From assembly GCA_041499515.1 (NCBI GenBank), contig JBGQKM010000001.1, positions 1 through 60,825 on the forward strand: DNA of 60,825 bases, read 5' to 3'. A program made the position numbers and the translations under genes. Position 1 is the stretch's first letter. Each line of letters begins with the position of its first letter. The DNA comes from Planctomycetia bacterium. GTDB lineage: Bacteria > Planctomycetota > Planctomycetia > Pirellulales > PALSA-1355. Positions 11,740 to 20,259 of this stretch are shown piece after piece. The notes beneath the pieces were generated by a model, which saw only the letters and a program-made list of their open reading frames with translations, did no database searches and was not told the origin of the DNA.

Positions 11740-12522
11740 ATGAGCGTTCTGGACCGGTTTCTGCTCACAGGTAAACGGCTTTTGATCACCGGCGGCAGCC
11801 GCGGGCTGGGCCGGGAAATGGCCCTGGCGATCGCCGAGGCCGGGGCCGACGTGATTCTCGTGGCCCGCGACCCGCAGAGCCTGCAGGCCACGGCCGACGA
11901 GATTCGCAAACTCGGCCGGCAGGCCTTTACGATCGAAGCCAACGTCGGCCAGCCGGAGACTTGCCAGGAGGCGTGCGAGCAGGCCTTACGCGACTATGCA
12001 CCGATCGACATCCTGATCAATAACGTCGGCGGGCGGCGGTTCAACATTCCGCTGGCGCAATTGCCGTTGGATAAGTGGCGGGAAATCATTGACTTGAACC
12101 TGACCAGCACTTTTCTGTGCACCAAGATCATCGGCGGCGCGATGCTGGCCCAAGGCCGTGGCGGACGGATCATCAACATCGCGTCGATCTCGGGCCTGAT
12201 CGCCAACCGCGGCATCGGCGGGCGGACGTATGAAACTTCCAAGGCGGCCGTGATTCACTTTACCCGCTCGACGGCCGCGGACTGGGCCCCCCACCAGGTG
12301 ACGGTCAATGCCATCTGCCCTGGCTTCTTCATGACCGAGCCCAACGTGCGCTGGTCGCAAGAACACCCCAAGCTGCTGGAAATGTACCGCGAGCAAATTC
12401 CCCAGGGCGATTTCGGCAAAGCCGAAGACCTGGGACCTCTGGCCGTGTATTTGGCCAGCGATGCCGCCCGATATGTTACCGGCGCAACGGTCGTGATCGA
12501 CGGCGGCTACACGCTGTGGTGA
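11740..12522 (+). CDS. SDR family oxidoreductase
   Basis: Rossmann motif ITGGSRGLGREMA, NNVG, and the catalytic YxxxK (YETSKAAV). Length 260 aa. Confidence 0.9.
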   Translation: MSVLDRFLLTGKRLLITGGSRGLGREMALAIAEAGADVILVARDPQSLQATADEIRKLGRQAFTIEANVGQPETCQEACEQALRDYAPIDILINNVGGRRFNIPLAQLPLDKWREIIDLNLTSTFLCTKIIGGAMLAQGRGGRIINIASISGLIANRGIGGRTYETSKAAVIHFTRSTAADWAPHQVTVNAICPGFFMTEPNVRWSQEHPKLLEMYREQIPQGDFGKAEDLGPLAVYLASDAARYVTGATVVIDGGYTLW

Positions 12523-12660
12523 CCGGAAGATTGCGTCAAGCGCTCGATCGGTTGCTGGATTTCTGGCGGCCGGCGCTACTACAATAGACCCCGACGCGGC
12601 CGGCGCACGGGCGGCGTGCGTTTTTCTGGCGATCCCCTTGGCACACCCTGGAGTTCTGCT

Positions 12661-13584
12661 ATGACGGTTTGGAGCGCTTTTCGTGTTTTATTTGCGTTGG
12701 TTTTGGCGTTGTGCTCGCTGGCCCTGTGTTGTGCCCGCTCTGCCCTGGCCGAAGGCGCGGATGGCAAGCTGCGGATTATTTGTTTCGGCGCGCATCCGGA
12801 CGACGCCGAGTACAAGGCCGGCGGCGTGGCGGCCAAATGGGCCGCCCTGGGTCATCACGTCAAATTCGTTTCGGTCACCAACGGCGACATCGGCCATTGG
12901 CAAATCGCCGGCGGCCCGCTGGCGCAACGCCGCACGGCCGAGGTCAATCAAGCCGCCAAGGACCTGGGAATCGAATCCGAGGTGCTCGACATTCATGACG
13001 GCGAATTGCTGCCAACGCTGGAAAATCGCCGCACGATCACGCGACTGATTCGCAACTGGAAGGCCGACGTCGTGATGTCGCATCGGCCGAACGACTATCA
13101 CCCCGACCACCGCTACACGGGGGTGCTTGTGCAAGACGCCGCGTTCATGGTCACGGTGCCGTTTTTTTGCCCCGACACGCCGCCGCTGACAAACAACCCG
13201 GTGTTCTTCTACTACTCCGACGGATTCCAAAAACCCAATCCGTTCACGCCCGACGTGATCGTGTCGATTGACGATGCCTTCGCGAAGAAAATGAATGCCG
13301 TGCACTCGCTGCCCTCCCAGGTCTACGAAGGAGGCGCGTCGGGGTCGGAGGCCTTCGTGGCCGAGATCCCCAAGGACGACGCGGGACGCCGGGCCTGGGC
13401 CGTCAAGCACCACGGCGGGCGCTACGCCGCCGTCGCCGACAAGTATCGCGACGCGCTGCTGAAGTGGTATGGCCCGGATCGCGGCAAGGCGGTCAAATAT
13501 GCTGAAGCGTTCGAGATCTGCGAATACGGCCGCCGGCCCGCGGCGGATGAACTGAAAAAACTGTTTCCGTTCTTTTCGCCGTAG
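12661..13584 (+). CDS. PIG-L (LmbE) family deacetylase, secreted
   Basis: Hallmark FGAHPDDAEYKAGG and HPDH motifs. Signal peptide MTVWSAFRVLFALVLALCSLALCCARSALA. The ORF is open from 12616. Confidence 0.85.
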   Translation: MTVWSAFRVLFALVLALCSLALCCARSALAEGADGKLRIICFGAHPDDAEYKAGGVAAKWAALGHHVKFVSVTNGDIGHWQIAGGPLAQRRTAEVNQAAKDLGIESEVLDIHDGELLPTLENRRTITRLIRNWKADVVMSHRPNDYHPDHRYTGVLVQDAAFMVTVPFFCPDTPPLTNNPVFFYYSDGFQKPNPFTPDVIVSIDDAFAKKMNAVHSLPSQVYEGGASGSEAFVAEIPKDDAGRRAWAVKHHGGRYAAVADKYRDALLKWYGPDRGKAVKYAEAFEICEYGRRPAADELKKLFPFFSP

Positions 13585-13610
13585 GAGCGGTTTCGGAACT
13601 GCTCAGAGAA

Positions 13611-13662
13611 GGGGGCAGTCCCATTTTGCTGCGAGCAAGAGCGCAAAATTGGGACAGTCCCC
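13611..13662. repeat. REP-like imperfect hairpin, copy 1 (between convergent genes; possible bidirectional terminator)
   Basis: GGGGGCAGTCCCATTTTGC - 13-nt loop - GCAAAATTGGGACAGTCCCC. The same element recurs at 20179-20229 and 60008-60056. Confidence 0.8.
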
Positions 13663-13681
13663 GCCGTTTCACGACGTCGCG

Positions 13682-14326
13682 TTATCGGGTCGCGCCTTTG
13701 GCCGGCTGCGGCGCTCGGGACGTGGCGGGCCCGGCCGCTTGCGCGCGGTGATTCATCGAATCGAGAATGGCCGGCGTGATCTCGGCTCCGCGCTGATAGA
13801 CAATCGGCTTCTGGATTTCTTGCAGAACGACGCGCGGGTCGGTCATTTCCTCCGGCGTCGGGTCGTAACGCAGCATGAGCTGAACGCCGTTGGCCTGCGC
13901 GTAGCGCGCCATTTCGTCCCGCAACTCGCGAGTCAACGAGTACATGACTTTGGTTTCGCCATCGCGGGTGTCGTTGGTGACTTTCTTGCCGTGCAATTCG
14001 AAATCGGCGCGCATCTTGAGCAACTTCTGTTCGAGTTCCTTGCGCTCTGGGGTGCCCGGGGGCAGTTTGCGCACCTCTTCGGTCAGTTGTTGACCTCGCT
14101 CGCCTTCCTTCTTCAGCTCTTCGCCCTTGGCCAGGTATTCCTTTTTCAGCGCGTCCATGGCTTTGTTGACGCGGACCGAGTTTTGGGTGATCGAAGTCAT
14201 GTTCACCAGCGCGACGCCGTTGGGCGGCGGGGCGGTGATGCCGTTGCGCTGAGCGGAAATTTGCGATATGGCCAGCAGCCCAACGCAGCCAACCACGGCG
14301 ACGGCGGCAATCAGGGGGATTCTCAT
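13682..14326 (-). CDS. OmpH/Skp family periplasmic chaperone
   Basis: Signal peptide MRIPLIAAVAVVGCVGLLAISQISA, then a Lys/Glu-rich coiled region (NKAMDALKKEYLAKGEELKKEGERGQQL...) typical of Skp. The ORF is open to 14446; ATG 14326 is preferred. Confidence 0.75.
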   Translation of the reverse strand: MRIPLIAAVAVVGCVGLLAISQISAQRNGITAPPPNGVALVNMTSITQNSVRVNKAMDALKKEYLAKGEELKKEGERGQQLTEEVRKLPPGTPERKELEQKLLKMRADFELHGKKVTNDTRDGETKVMYSLTRELRDEMARYAQANGVQLMLRYDPTPEEMTDPRVVLQEIQKPIVYQRGAEITPAILDSMNHRAQAAGPATSRAPQPAKGATR

Positions 14327-14473
14327 GTTCTCGGCACTCCTTGCTCGGCCACTCTGAGGGAAGACCGCAAATCGCGCGTGCCTCCTGCACTCGGCAAAAT
14401 TTGCGGGCGGTATTCTGCCAGCATTTGGAATCTGGGTAAAGACCAAATCCCCCCTTAAGCCCTCATTTGCTGC

Positions 14474-14496
14474 TTCTTTTTGACGAGCAAAAAGAA
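14474..14496. promoter_or_regulatory. Perfect 9-bp AT-rich inverted repeat in a divergent promoter region
   Basis: TTCTTTTTG-acgag-CAAAAAGAA, nested between two copies of CCTTAAGCC (about 14453-14461 and 14505-14513). It lies between the skp-like gene (-) and the S53 peptidase gene (+). Confidence 0.4.
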
Positions 14497-14637
14497 TTAA
14501 AAAACCTTAAGCCGTGTTTTTGACGCGCCAAGAACTTATTGTTGCATTCGAGATTCTCGGATATTCTGGATCACGAGGGGCATCGTTCCGTCATGCGTTG
14601 GGTCACTCAGGACCCAGCGTTCAGGACAGAGGCAGCC

Positions 14638-16629
14638 ATGAGACCATCTTCTTGCATGCGCCGACATGCGTTGTTTTCTGGCACCTGGGGTGCCACATTT
14701 CGCGCAAAGACGCTCAGCGTCGAACCGCTGGAAACGCGAACCCTGCTCTCGGCCAGTTCGATTTTGGACTCGATTTTCGCGAATCCCGTGGTCTCCAACG
14801 CGGCCCAGGTCACGAATTCAATTCCCACCGGCTACACGCCCAGCCAGATTCGCAGCGCGTATGGCTTCGACAAGATCTCGTTTGGCAACGGCGCCGTGCA
14901 CGGGGACGGAAGCGGACAAACCATCGCGATCGTCGATGCCTACAACGACCCCAACATCGCCAGCGATCTGCAGGTCTTCGACCAGAAGTTCGGGATCTCC
15001 GACCCGCCGAGTTTTACCAAAGTCAATCAAACCGGCGGCGCCTCGATGCCGCAGACCAGTTCCGGTTGGTCGGAAGAAATCGCGCTGGACGTGGAATGGG
15101 CGCACGCCATCGCTCCCAAGGCAAACATCTTGCTGGTCGAGGCCAGTTCCAATTCGCTCAACAATCTATTGCAAGCCGTCGACACGGCCCGCTCGTGGTC
15201 CGGTGTTTCGGTGGTCTCGATGAGTTGGGGCAGCGGAGAGTTTTCCGGCGAGACCGCTTCGGACCAACACTTCACCACGCCCAGCGGCCACGCCGGGGTC
15301 ACGTTCCTGGCCTCGGCCGGCGACAACGGCGCGCAAGCCGAGTGGCCGGCCATCTCGCCCAACGTCGGCTCTGTCGGCGGCACGTCGTTGAGCGTGTCGG
15401 GCGGCAACTACGGCGGCGAATCGGCCTGGAGCGGCAGTGGCGGCGGATCGAGCAGTTTTGAATCCGAGCCGACCTATCAATCGGCGGTGCAAAGCACCGG
15501 CAGGCGCACCGGCCCCGACGTGGCCTACAACGCCAACCCCAACACCGGTTTTGCCGTCTACGACAGTGTTGCGACCGGTGGACAGAGCGGATGGTTCGAG
15601 ATTGGCGGGACCAGCGCCGGCGCGCCGCAATGGGCGGCCCTGTTTGCCATCGCCGACCAAGGGCGCGCGCTAGCCGGCCAAGGATCGATCGCCAATGGCC
15701 AAAGCCAACTCTACAAACTCTCCAGCTCCGATTTCCACGACATTACCAGCGGCAGCAACGGCAATTCGGCCCGGGCCGGTTACGACCTCGTCACCGGGCG
15801 CGGCGCTCCAGTGGCCAATCTGGTCGTGGCGGACCTGGTCTCCGGCGCGACCGCCACAACCAATCCCAATCCGCCGACCTCGACTCCGACACAGCCCGCG
15901 CCGCCAACGCAGCATCACTATCACATTTACTACGAGATCATCTATATCGGTGGTCGGTACTGGCTCGTGGAGATTATTTCTTACAGCGCCGTGAACGCTT
16001 CGCAACCGGATGACATCTCTCAAGGCTTGGCGCAGGTGAACACGGCCTTGGCGGATGCCGGCACGACTTCCAACGTGCAAGCGGCGAACACGGCGCCCGC
16101 GGCCAGCGATTTCACCGGCTCACCATCGAGCCCGCTGACGCCTTCGCTGACGACAACGACTTTGGCCATGGCGCCTCAGGCCGGCGGCGCCGCGGGCAGC
16201 CTGGTCACCACGAACGACGCGGCAGGAACCCAGGATTCGCCCAGCATCCCGGGAATGAACCCGAGCAGCCCGACCAACGATGCGCCGGTCGAGAAGGACG
16301 GTGAAGCCCCCACGCTCTATCTGCCGGCGACCGAAGCCGTGATACCTACAGCCGGAATCCAACGCACATCAATATCACGGCCGGTCGGCCTTGCGGCCGT
16401 TTCGGGCCTTGCGCTGGACGCGTGTCTGGCGGACAGCGATTGGGTCGCGGGGCTTGGAGAAGTTTTGGTTGACATCCCCGATATCGTGTTTGCAAGAACC
16501 GACTATGACCTGCTGGGGCTGGCCCTCGGCCTGGCGATTGCCGCCAATGTTGGCCGCAGACCCATGGACGTCCAACCCCGCTCGGCGGTCAAACCGCGCC
16601 GCCAATTGTGCCGCCTCGATCGCAACTGA
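14638..16629 (+). CDS. S53 (sedolisin/kumamolisin-like) serine peptidase with long low-complexity C-terminal region
   Basis: IAIVDAYNDPNIASDLQVFDQKFG, SEEIALDVEWAHAIAP and the active-site-like GGTSAGAPQWAALFA. The N-terminal LSVEPLETRTLLSAS motif is common in planctomycetal secreted proteins. The ORF is open from 14539. Confidence 0.8.
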   Translation: MRPSSCMRRHALFSGTWGATFRAKTLSVEPLETRTLLSASSILDSIFANPVVSNAAQVTNSIPTGYTPSQIRSAYGFDKISFGNGAVHGDGSGQTIAIVDAYNDPNIASDLQVFDQKFGISDPPSFTKVNQTGGASMPQTSSGWSEEIALDVEWAHAIAPKANILLVEASSNSLNNLLQAVDTARSWSGVSVVSMSWGSGEFSGETASDQHFTTPSGHAGVTFLASAGDNGAQAEWPAISPNVGSVGGTSLSVSGGNYGGESAWSGSGGGSSSFESEPTYQSAVQSTGRRTGPDVAYNANPNTGFAVYDSVATGGQSGWFEIGGTSAGAPQWAALFAIADQGRALAGQGSIANGQSQLYKLSSSDFHDITSGSNGNSARAGYDLVTGRGAPVANLVVADLVSGATATTNPNPPTSTPTQPAPPTQHHYHIYYEIIYIGGRYWLVEIISYSAVNASQPDDISQGLAQVNTALADAGTTSNVQAANTAPAASDFTGSPSSPLTPSLTTTTLAMAPQAGGAAGSLVTTNDAAGTQDSPSIPGMNPSSPTNDAPVEKDGEAPTLYLPATEAVIPTAGIQRTSISRPVGLAAVSGLALDACLADSDWVAGLGEVLVDIPDIVFARTDYDLLGLALGLAIAANVGRRPMDVQPRSAVKPRRQLCRLDRN

Positions 16630-16886
16630 ACGCCGGCCTCGGGCGTCATTGCTGCTGCCGCTCGCTGTCCGGCTCTCTTCACGTGCCCAATCCATCGGGG
16701 AGGGTTCGGGTAGATCGAGTGTCATGCGCGGCGGTATACTATCTGGTGAGCCGTGGCTTCATTTTGGGACGGCGGGACTCTAAGGATTCCGGCGGCGGCC
16801 CTCGACAACCGTCGTAAATAAAGCCGCCGCGGATATCCCATCTGCGGCAGAACCGTCACTAGCCACCCATCGTTTACCGCACACGC

Positions 16887-18470
16887 ATGTCCAGCCAGAC
16901 TGCCGCCGCCAACACGTACGACGAAGTGCCCTTTCCGCGGCAGCCGTTGCCGCAGGCGCATCCCGACCGGCTGGCCACCGTGGCGCGGTTATTCGGCATG
17001 CGCACGCAGCCGATCGATCGCTGCCGCGTGCTGGAACTGGGCTGCGCCACGGGCAGCAACCTGGTCCCCATGGCCGAGCGGCACCCGCAAAGCACGTTCG
17101 TGGGGATCGACTATTCGGAGCGTCAAATTGCCGAGGGACGCCGCGCGATCGAGGCCCTGGGCTTGAAGAATATCGAGCTGCGTCACGTGAATATCATGGA
17201 CGTTGACGACACGCTGGGCCTATTCGATTACATCATCGCGCACGGCGTGCTTTCGTGGGTTGCCCCCGACGTGCAGGAAATGGTTCTGTCGATTTGCAAG
17301 TCGCGATTGAATCCCCAGGGCGTGGCGTATCTGAGTTACAACATTTATCCGGGCTGGCATCTGCGAAACGTGATTCGAGAATTGGTCTTCGGCGGTGGCG
17401 CGACCGAGCAGAGCGCGGCGCATCGCATTGCGCGATCGCGTCGGATACTCGAGTTTTTCTCCGCCACCCTGAACGATGATCCGGCGCCCTATAGTCGGTT
17501 GTTCAAAAATGAGATCGATGCGGTGCTGCGGCAGCCCGATGGTTATCTGTACCACGAGTATCTCGAAGACGAGAACCACCCGCTTTACTTTCACGAGTTC
17601 GTGGCCCGCGCGGAGGCCCATCAATTGCAGTACTTGGGCGATGCCACGCCGGCAAGGATGTTCACGAGCAATTTTCCCCCGCCGGTCGAGCAAAACCTGC
17701 TGTTGATGTCCAACGACGTAGTCTCGATCGAGCAGCACATCGATTTGCTGAAGAATCGTGCGTTTCGCCAATCGCTTTTTTGCCATCAAGAAATATCGCT
17801 GTCGCGGAGAATCACGCCGGCCAACCTGGTTGGGCTGCGTTTCGCCGGCAAACTTCGGCCCGAGCGCGAAGTTCCCGACTTCCAATCCACGGCGTTCGAA
17901 AAGTTCGTGGCGCCCAGCGGAGCGACGATTTCCAGCCCCTCGCCGCTGGTGAAGGCCGCGCTGTTTCACGTGAACTCGAAGTGGCCAGGCTCGGTCTCGT
18001 TCGACGAGTTGATTGCGGTCGCCGCGGTGCGGCTGGGTTCCAAGGAACATCCCGGTCCGATTTCGCCGGAGGATCTGACAAACCTCGGACATAATCTCGT
18101 GCAATGCCTGGCCAGCGGCCTGATCGAAGCGTACAGCGAGGCGGATGGCTTCGTTACGACCATCAGTCGCTGTCCGCGAGCCGGTCGTGTGGCACGGATG
18201 CAGGCTTACGAGGGCCCCAACGTGACGAATCGGCGCCACGAGCCGGTGGTGCTCGACGAGGTTTCGAAGAATTTGCTGCACTACCTCGACGGCGAACACG
18301 ATCGTGAGTCGCTGATGAAGATCCTGATCGAAGCCGTGAATCGGGGAGAATTGTCGATTTTGAAGAACGGAATCCCCGCCAGCCGTGGCGAGGCGGTGGC
18401 TGACATGCTCGAGATCGCCTTGGAGCAAAGCATCGTCCACCTTGCATTGCAGGCCTTATTGGTCGCCTGA
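16887..18470 (+). CDS. Class I SAM-dependent methyltransferase with C-terminal 'methyltransferase regulatory' region (PKMT-like architecture)
   Basis: SAM motif I VLELGCATGSNL, then FVGIDYSERQI and DYIIAHGVLSWV, followed by a ~300-aa C-terminal extension. Paralogous to the next gene. Confidence 0.8.
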   Translation: MSSQTAAANTYDEVPFPRQPLPQAHPDRLATVARLFGMRTQPIDRCRVLELGCATGSNLVPMAERHPQSTFVGIDYSERQIAEGRRAIEALGLKNIELRHVNIMDVDDTLGLFDYIIAHGVLSWVAPDVQEMVLSICKSRLNPQGVAYLSYNIYPGWHLRNVIRELVFGGGATEQSAAHRIARSRRILEFFSATLNDDPAPYSRLFKNEIDAVLRQPDGYLYHEYLEDENHPLYFHEFVARAEAHQLQYLGDATPARMFTSNFPPPVEQNLLLMSNDVVSIEQHIDLLKNRAFRQSLFCHQEISLSRRITPANLVGLRFAGKLRPEREVPDFQSTAFEKFVAPSGATISSPSPLVKAALFHVNSKWPGSVSFDELIAVAAVRLGSKEHPGPISPEDLTNLGHNLVQCLASGLIEAYSEADGFVTTISRCPRAGRVARMQAYEGPNVTNRRHEPVVLDEVSKNLLHYLDGEHDRESLMKILIEAVNRGELSILKNGIPASRGEAVADMLEIALEQSIVHLALQALLVA

Positions 18471-18523
18471 CAAACATTAATCTCTGCCGGATGGCAAGCG
18501 CACCTTTTAGCAGTTTCCTATTC

Positions 18524-20116
18524 ATGTCCAACGACTCGACGTCGCTCAACTCGGCCCGTCACTACGACGAAGTGCCCTACCCGGGCCTGCCCGTGGCCCG
18601 CTCGCAGCCTGAGTGGCTGGCCACGGTCGGCAAGCTGCGCGGCATGCAACCCGCGGATGCGGCGGTCGCGCGCGTTTTAGAGTTGGGTTGCGCCAGTGGC
18701 CAGAATCTGATTCCGCTGGCCGAGCGCGCGCCCCAGGCCACATTTCTGGGCATCGACTACTCCGCGCGCCAAATCGCGCTGGCCCAAGAGGCAGCCGCCG
18801 ACATGGGCCTGACCAACATCACCTTTCGGCAGCAAAACATCTTGGACCTGGAGGCCGAACTCGGGACCTTCGATTATATCGTCGCGCACGGCGTCTACTC
18901 CTGGGTCGATGCGGACGTGCGCGACAAATTGATGGCCGTCTGCCGCCATCACCTGGCTCCGCAGGGCATCGCCTACGTCAGCTATAACACCTATCCGGGC
19001 TGGCAGGTGCATGACATGTTTCGTGCCATGATGAAGTACGAAGGGCGCAATGCGCGCGGTCTCGGCGAGAAGCTGTCCAGTGCCCGAAAGCTGTTGGAAT
19101 TTCTGCAGGCGTCGTTGACCACCGACGCTCCTTACGATGCCCTGGTGCAGTCGGAACTATCCTTGCTTTTGAAACAGGGCGACGACTATCTGCGTCACGA
19201 TCATCTGGAAGAGGTCAATCATCCGGTCTACTTTCGGCACTTCATGGCCCACGCTCGAACGCACGAGTTACAGCTCCTGGGAGAGGGCACGCTGGGCATC
19301 CGCTCGACCGATTATCTCGATCCGGAAGCCGAGCAAAACCTCAACCAGATTACCGACGACCCGATCGAAAAGGAGCAGTACCGCGACATCGTGCGGAACC
19401 GGACCATCCGCCAAACCCTGCTGTGCCATCAAGCCGTCGCGCTGGAGCGCGGACCGACCACCGAGCGGCTCAAAGGGATGTACATCGAGTCGCACCTGAA
19501 ATCCGACAACCCCGAAGTCGACGCGACTTCTCCGATCGCAGAGCGTTTTTCGACCCCGGGCGGACTGAGGGTTTCGACGGCGGTTCCGTTGATCAAGGCG
19601 GCACTGGTCCATTTGGGCGAGATCTGGCCCAATTATATTCCGTTCGAGGAGCTCGTGGCCGTGGCGCGCGCTCGGATCGAGGCGACCACTGATCCGCCAA
19701 CGCCCGTTCCGCCGAGCGAAATCGAACGTCTCGAAGATAATCTCTTGCAGTGCTGCGCCGGCGGCATCATCGAAGTGCATAGCCAGCCTCCCTCCTTTAC
19801 GCCGAGCCCCACGACGACTCCGACGGCCTGTCCGGCGGCGCGCTGGCAAGCCGCCCGCGGCGAGGTCGTGACGACTCGCCGGCATCAAGCACTGCGGCTG
19901 GAGCCATTCGATCAACATCTGCTGCTGTTGGTCGACGGCTCGAGGGACGCGGCGCAGTTGCTCGACGATCTGACGACCGCGGTGACCGAGGGCCGGCTGG
20001 CCGTTTGGGATGGGCAACAACACGTGACCGGCGCGGCCCGCGCCCGCGAGATTCTCAGCGACGCGCTGCCGTGTGCGCTAACGCGATTGGCGCAAAACGC
20101 CCTTCTGGTGGCCTGA
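18524..20116 (+). CDS. Class I SAM-dependent methyltransferase, tandem paralog of the preceding gene
   Basis: VLELGCASGQNL, FLGIDYSARQI, DYIVAHGVYSWV. Collinear with 16887-18470 over its full length (roughly half the residues identical by eye). The ORF is open from 18491. Confidence 0.8.
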   Translation: MSNDSTSLNSARHYDEVPYPGLPVARSQPEWLATVGKLRGMQPADAAVARVLELGCASGQNLIPLAERAPQATFLGIDYSARQIALAQEAAADMGLTNITFRQQNILDLEAELGTFDYIVAHGVYSWVDADVRDKLMAVCRHHLAPQGIAYVSYNTYPGWQVHDMFRAMMKYEGRNARGLGEKLSSARKLLEFLQASLTTDAPYDALVQSELSLLLKQGDDYLRHDHLEEVNHPVYFRHFMAHARTHELQLLGEGTLGIRSTDYLDPEAEQNLNQITDDPIEKEQYRDIVRNRTIRQTLLCHQAVALERGPTTERLKGMYIESHLKSDNPEVDATSPIAERFSTPGGLRVSTAVPLIKAALVHLGEIWPNYIPFEELVAVARARIEATTDPPTPVPPSEIERLEDNLLQCCAGGIIEVHSQPPSFTPSPTTTPTACPAARWQAARGEVVTTRRHQALRLEPFDQHLLLLVDGSRDAAQLLDDLTTAVTEGRLAVWDGQQHVTGAARAREILSDALPCALTRLAQNALLVA

Positions 20117-20178
20117 GTGCGCAGCGCCGGTTATCCGCCGCCAGTGCATTGGCCTTTGAGCCAGCGGACAAAACCGCC

Positions 20179-20229
20179 GGGGACTGTCCCGATTTTGCGG
20201 AGTCCTCGGAGCAAAATGGGACTGTCCCC
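20179..20229. repeat. REP-like hairpin, copy 2 (between convergent genes)
   Basis: GGGGACTGTCCCGATTTTGC - 12-nt loop - GCAAAATGGGACTGTCCCC. Confidence 0.8.
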
Positions 20230-20259
20230 CTCTCTCGGAAAGTTTTTGTCCGCAGGCTT

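Noticed and set aside
17220-18440. This and similar long ORFs opposite real genes: 6719-7873, 10488-11564, 22210-23421, 43762-45321, 50455-51774, 57745-58731.
   Set aside because: Each lies antisense or out of frame to a gene with strong family motifs. Their translations are Arg/Gly/Ala/Pro-rich without motifs, as expected for stop-codon-poor alternative frames at >60% GC.
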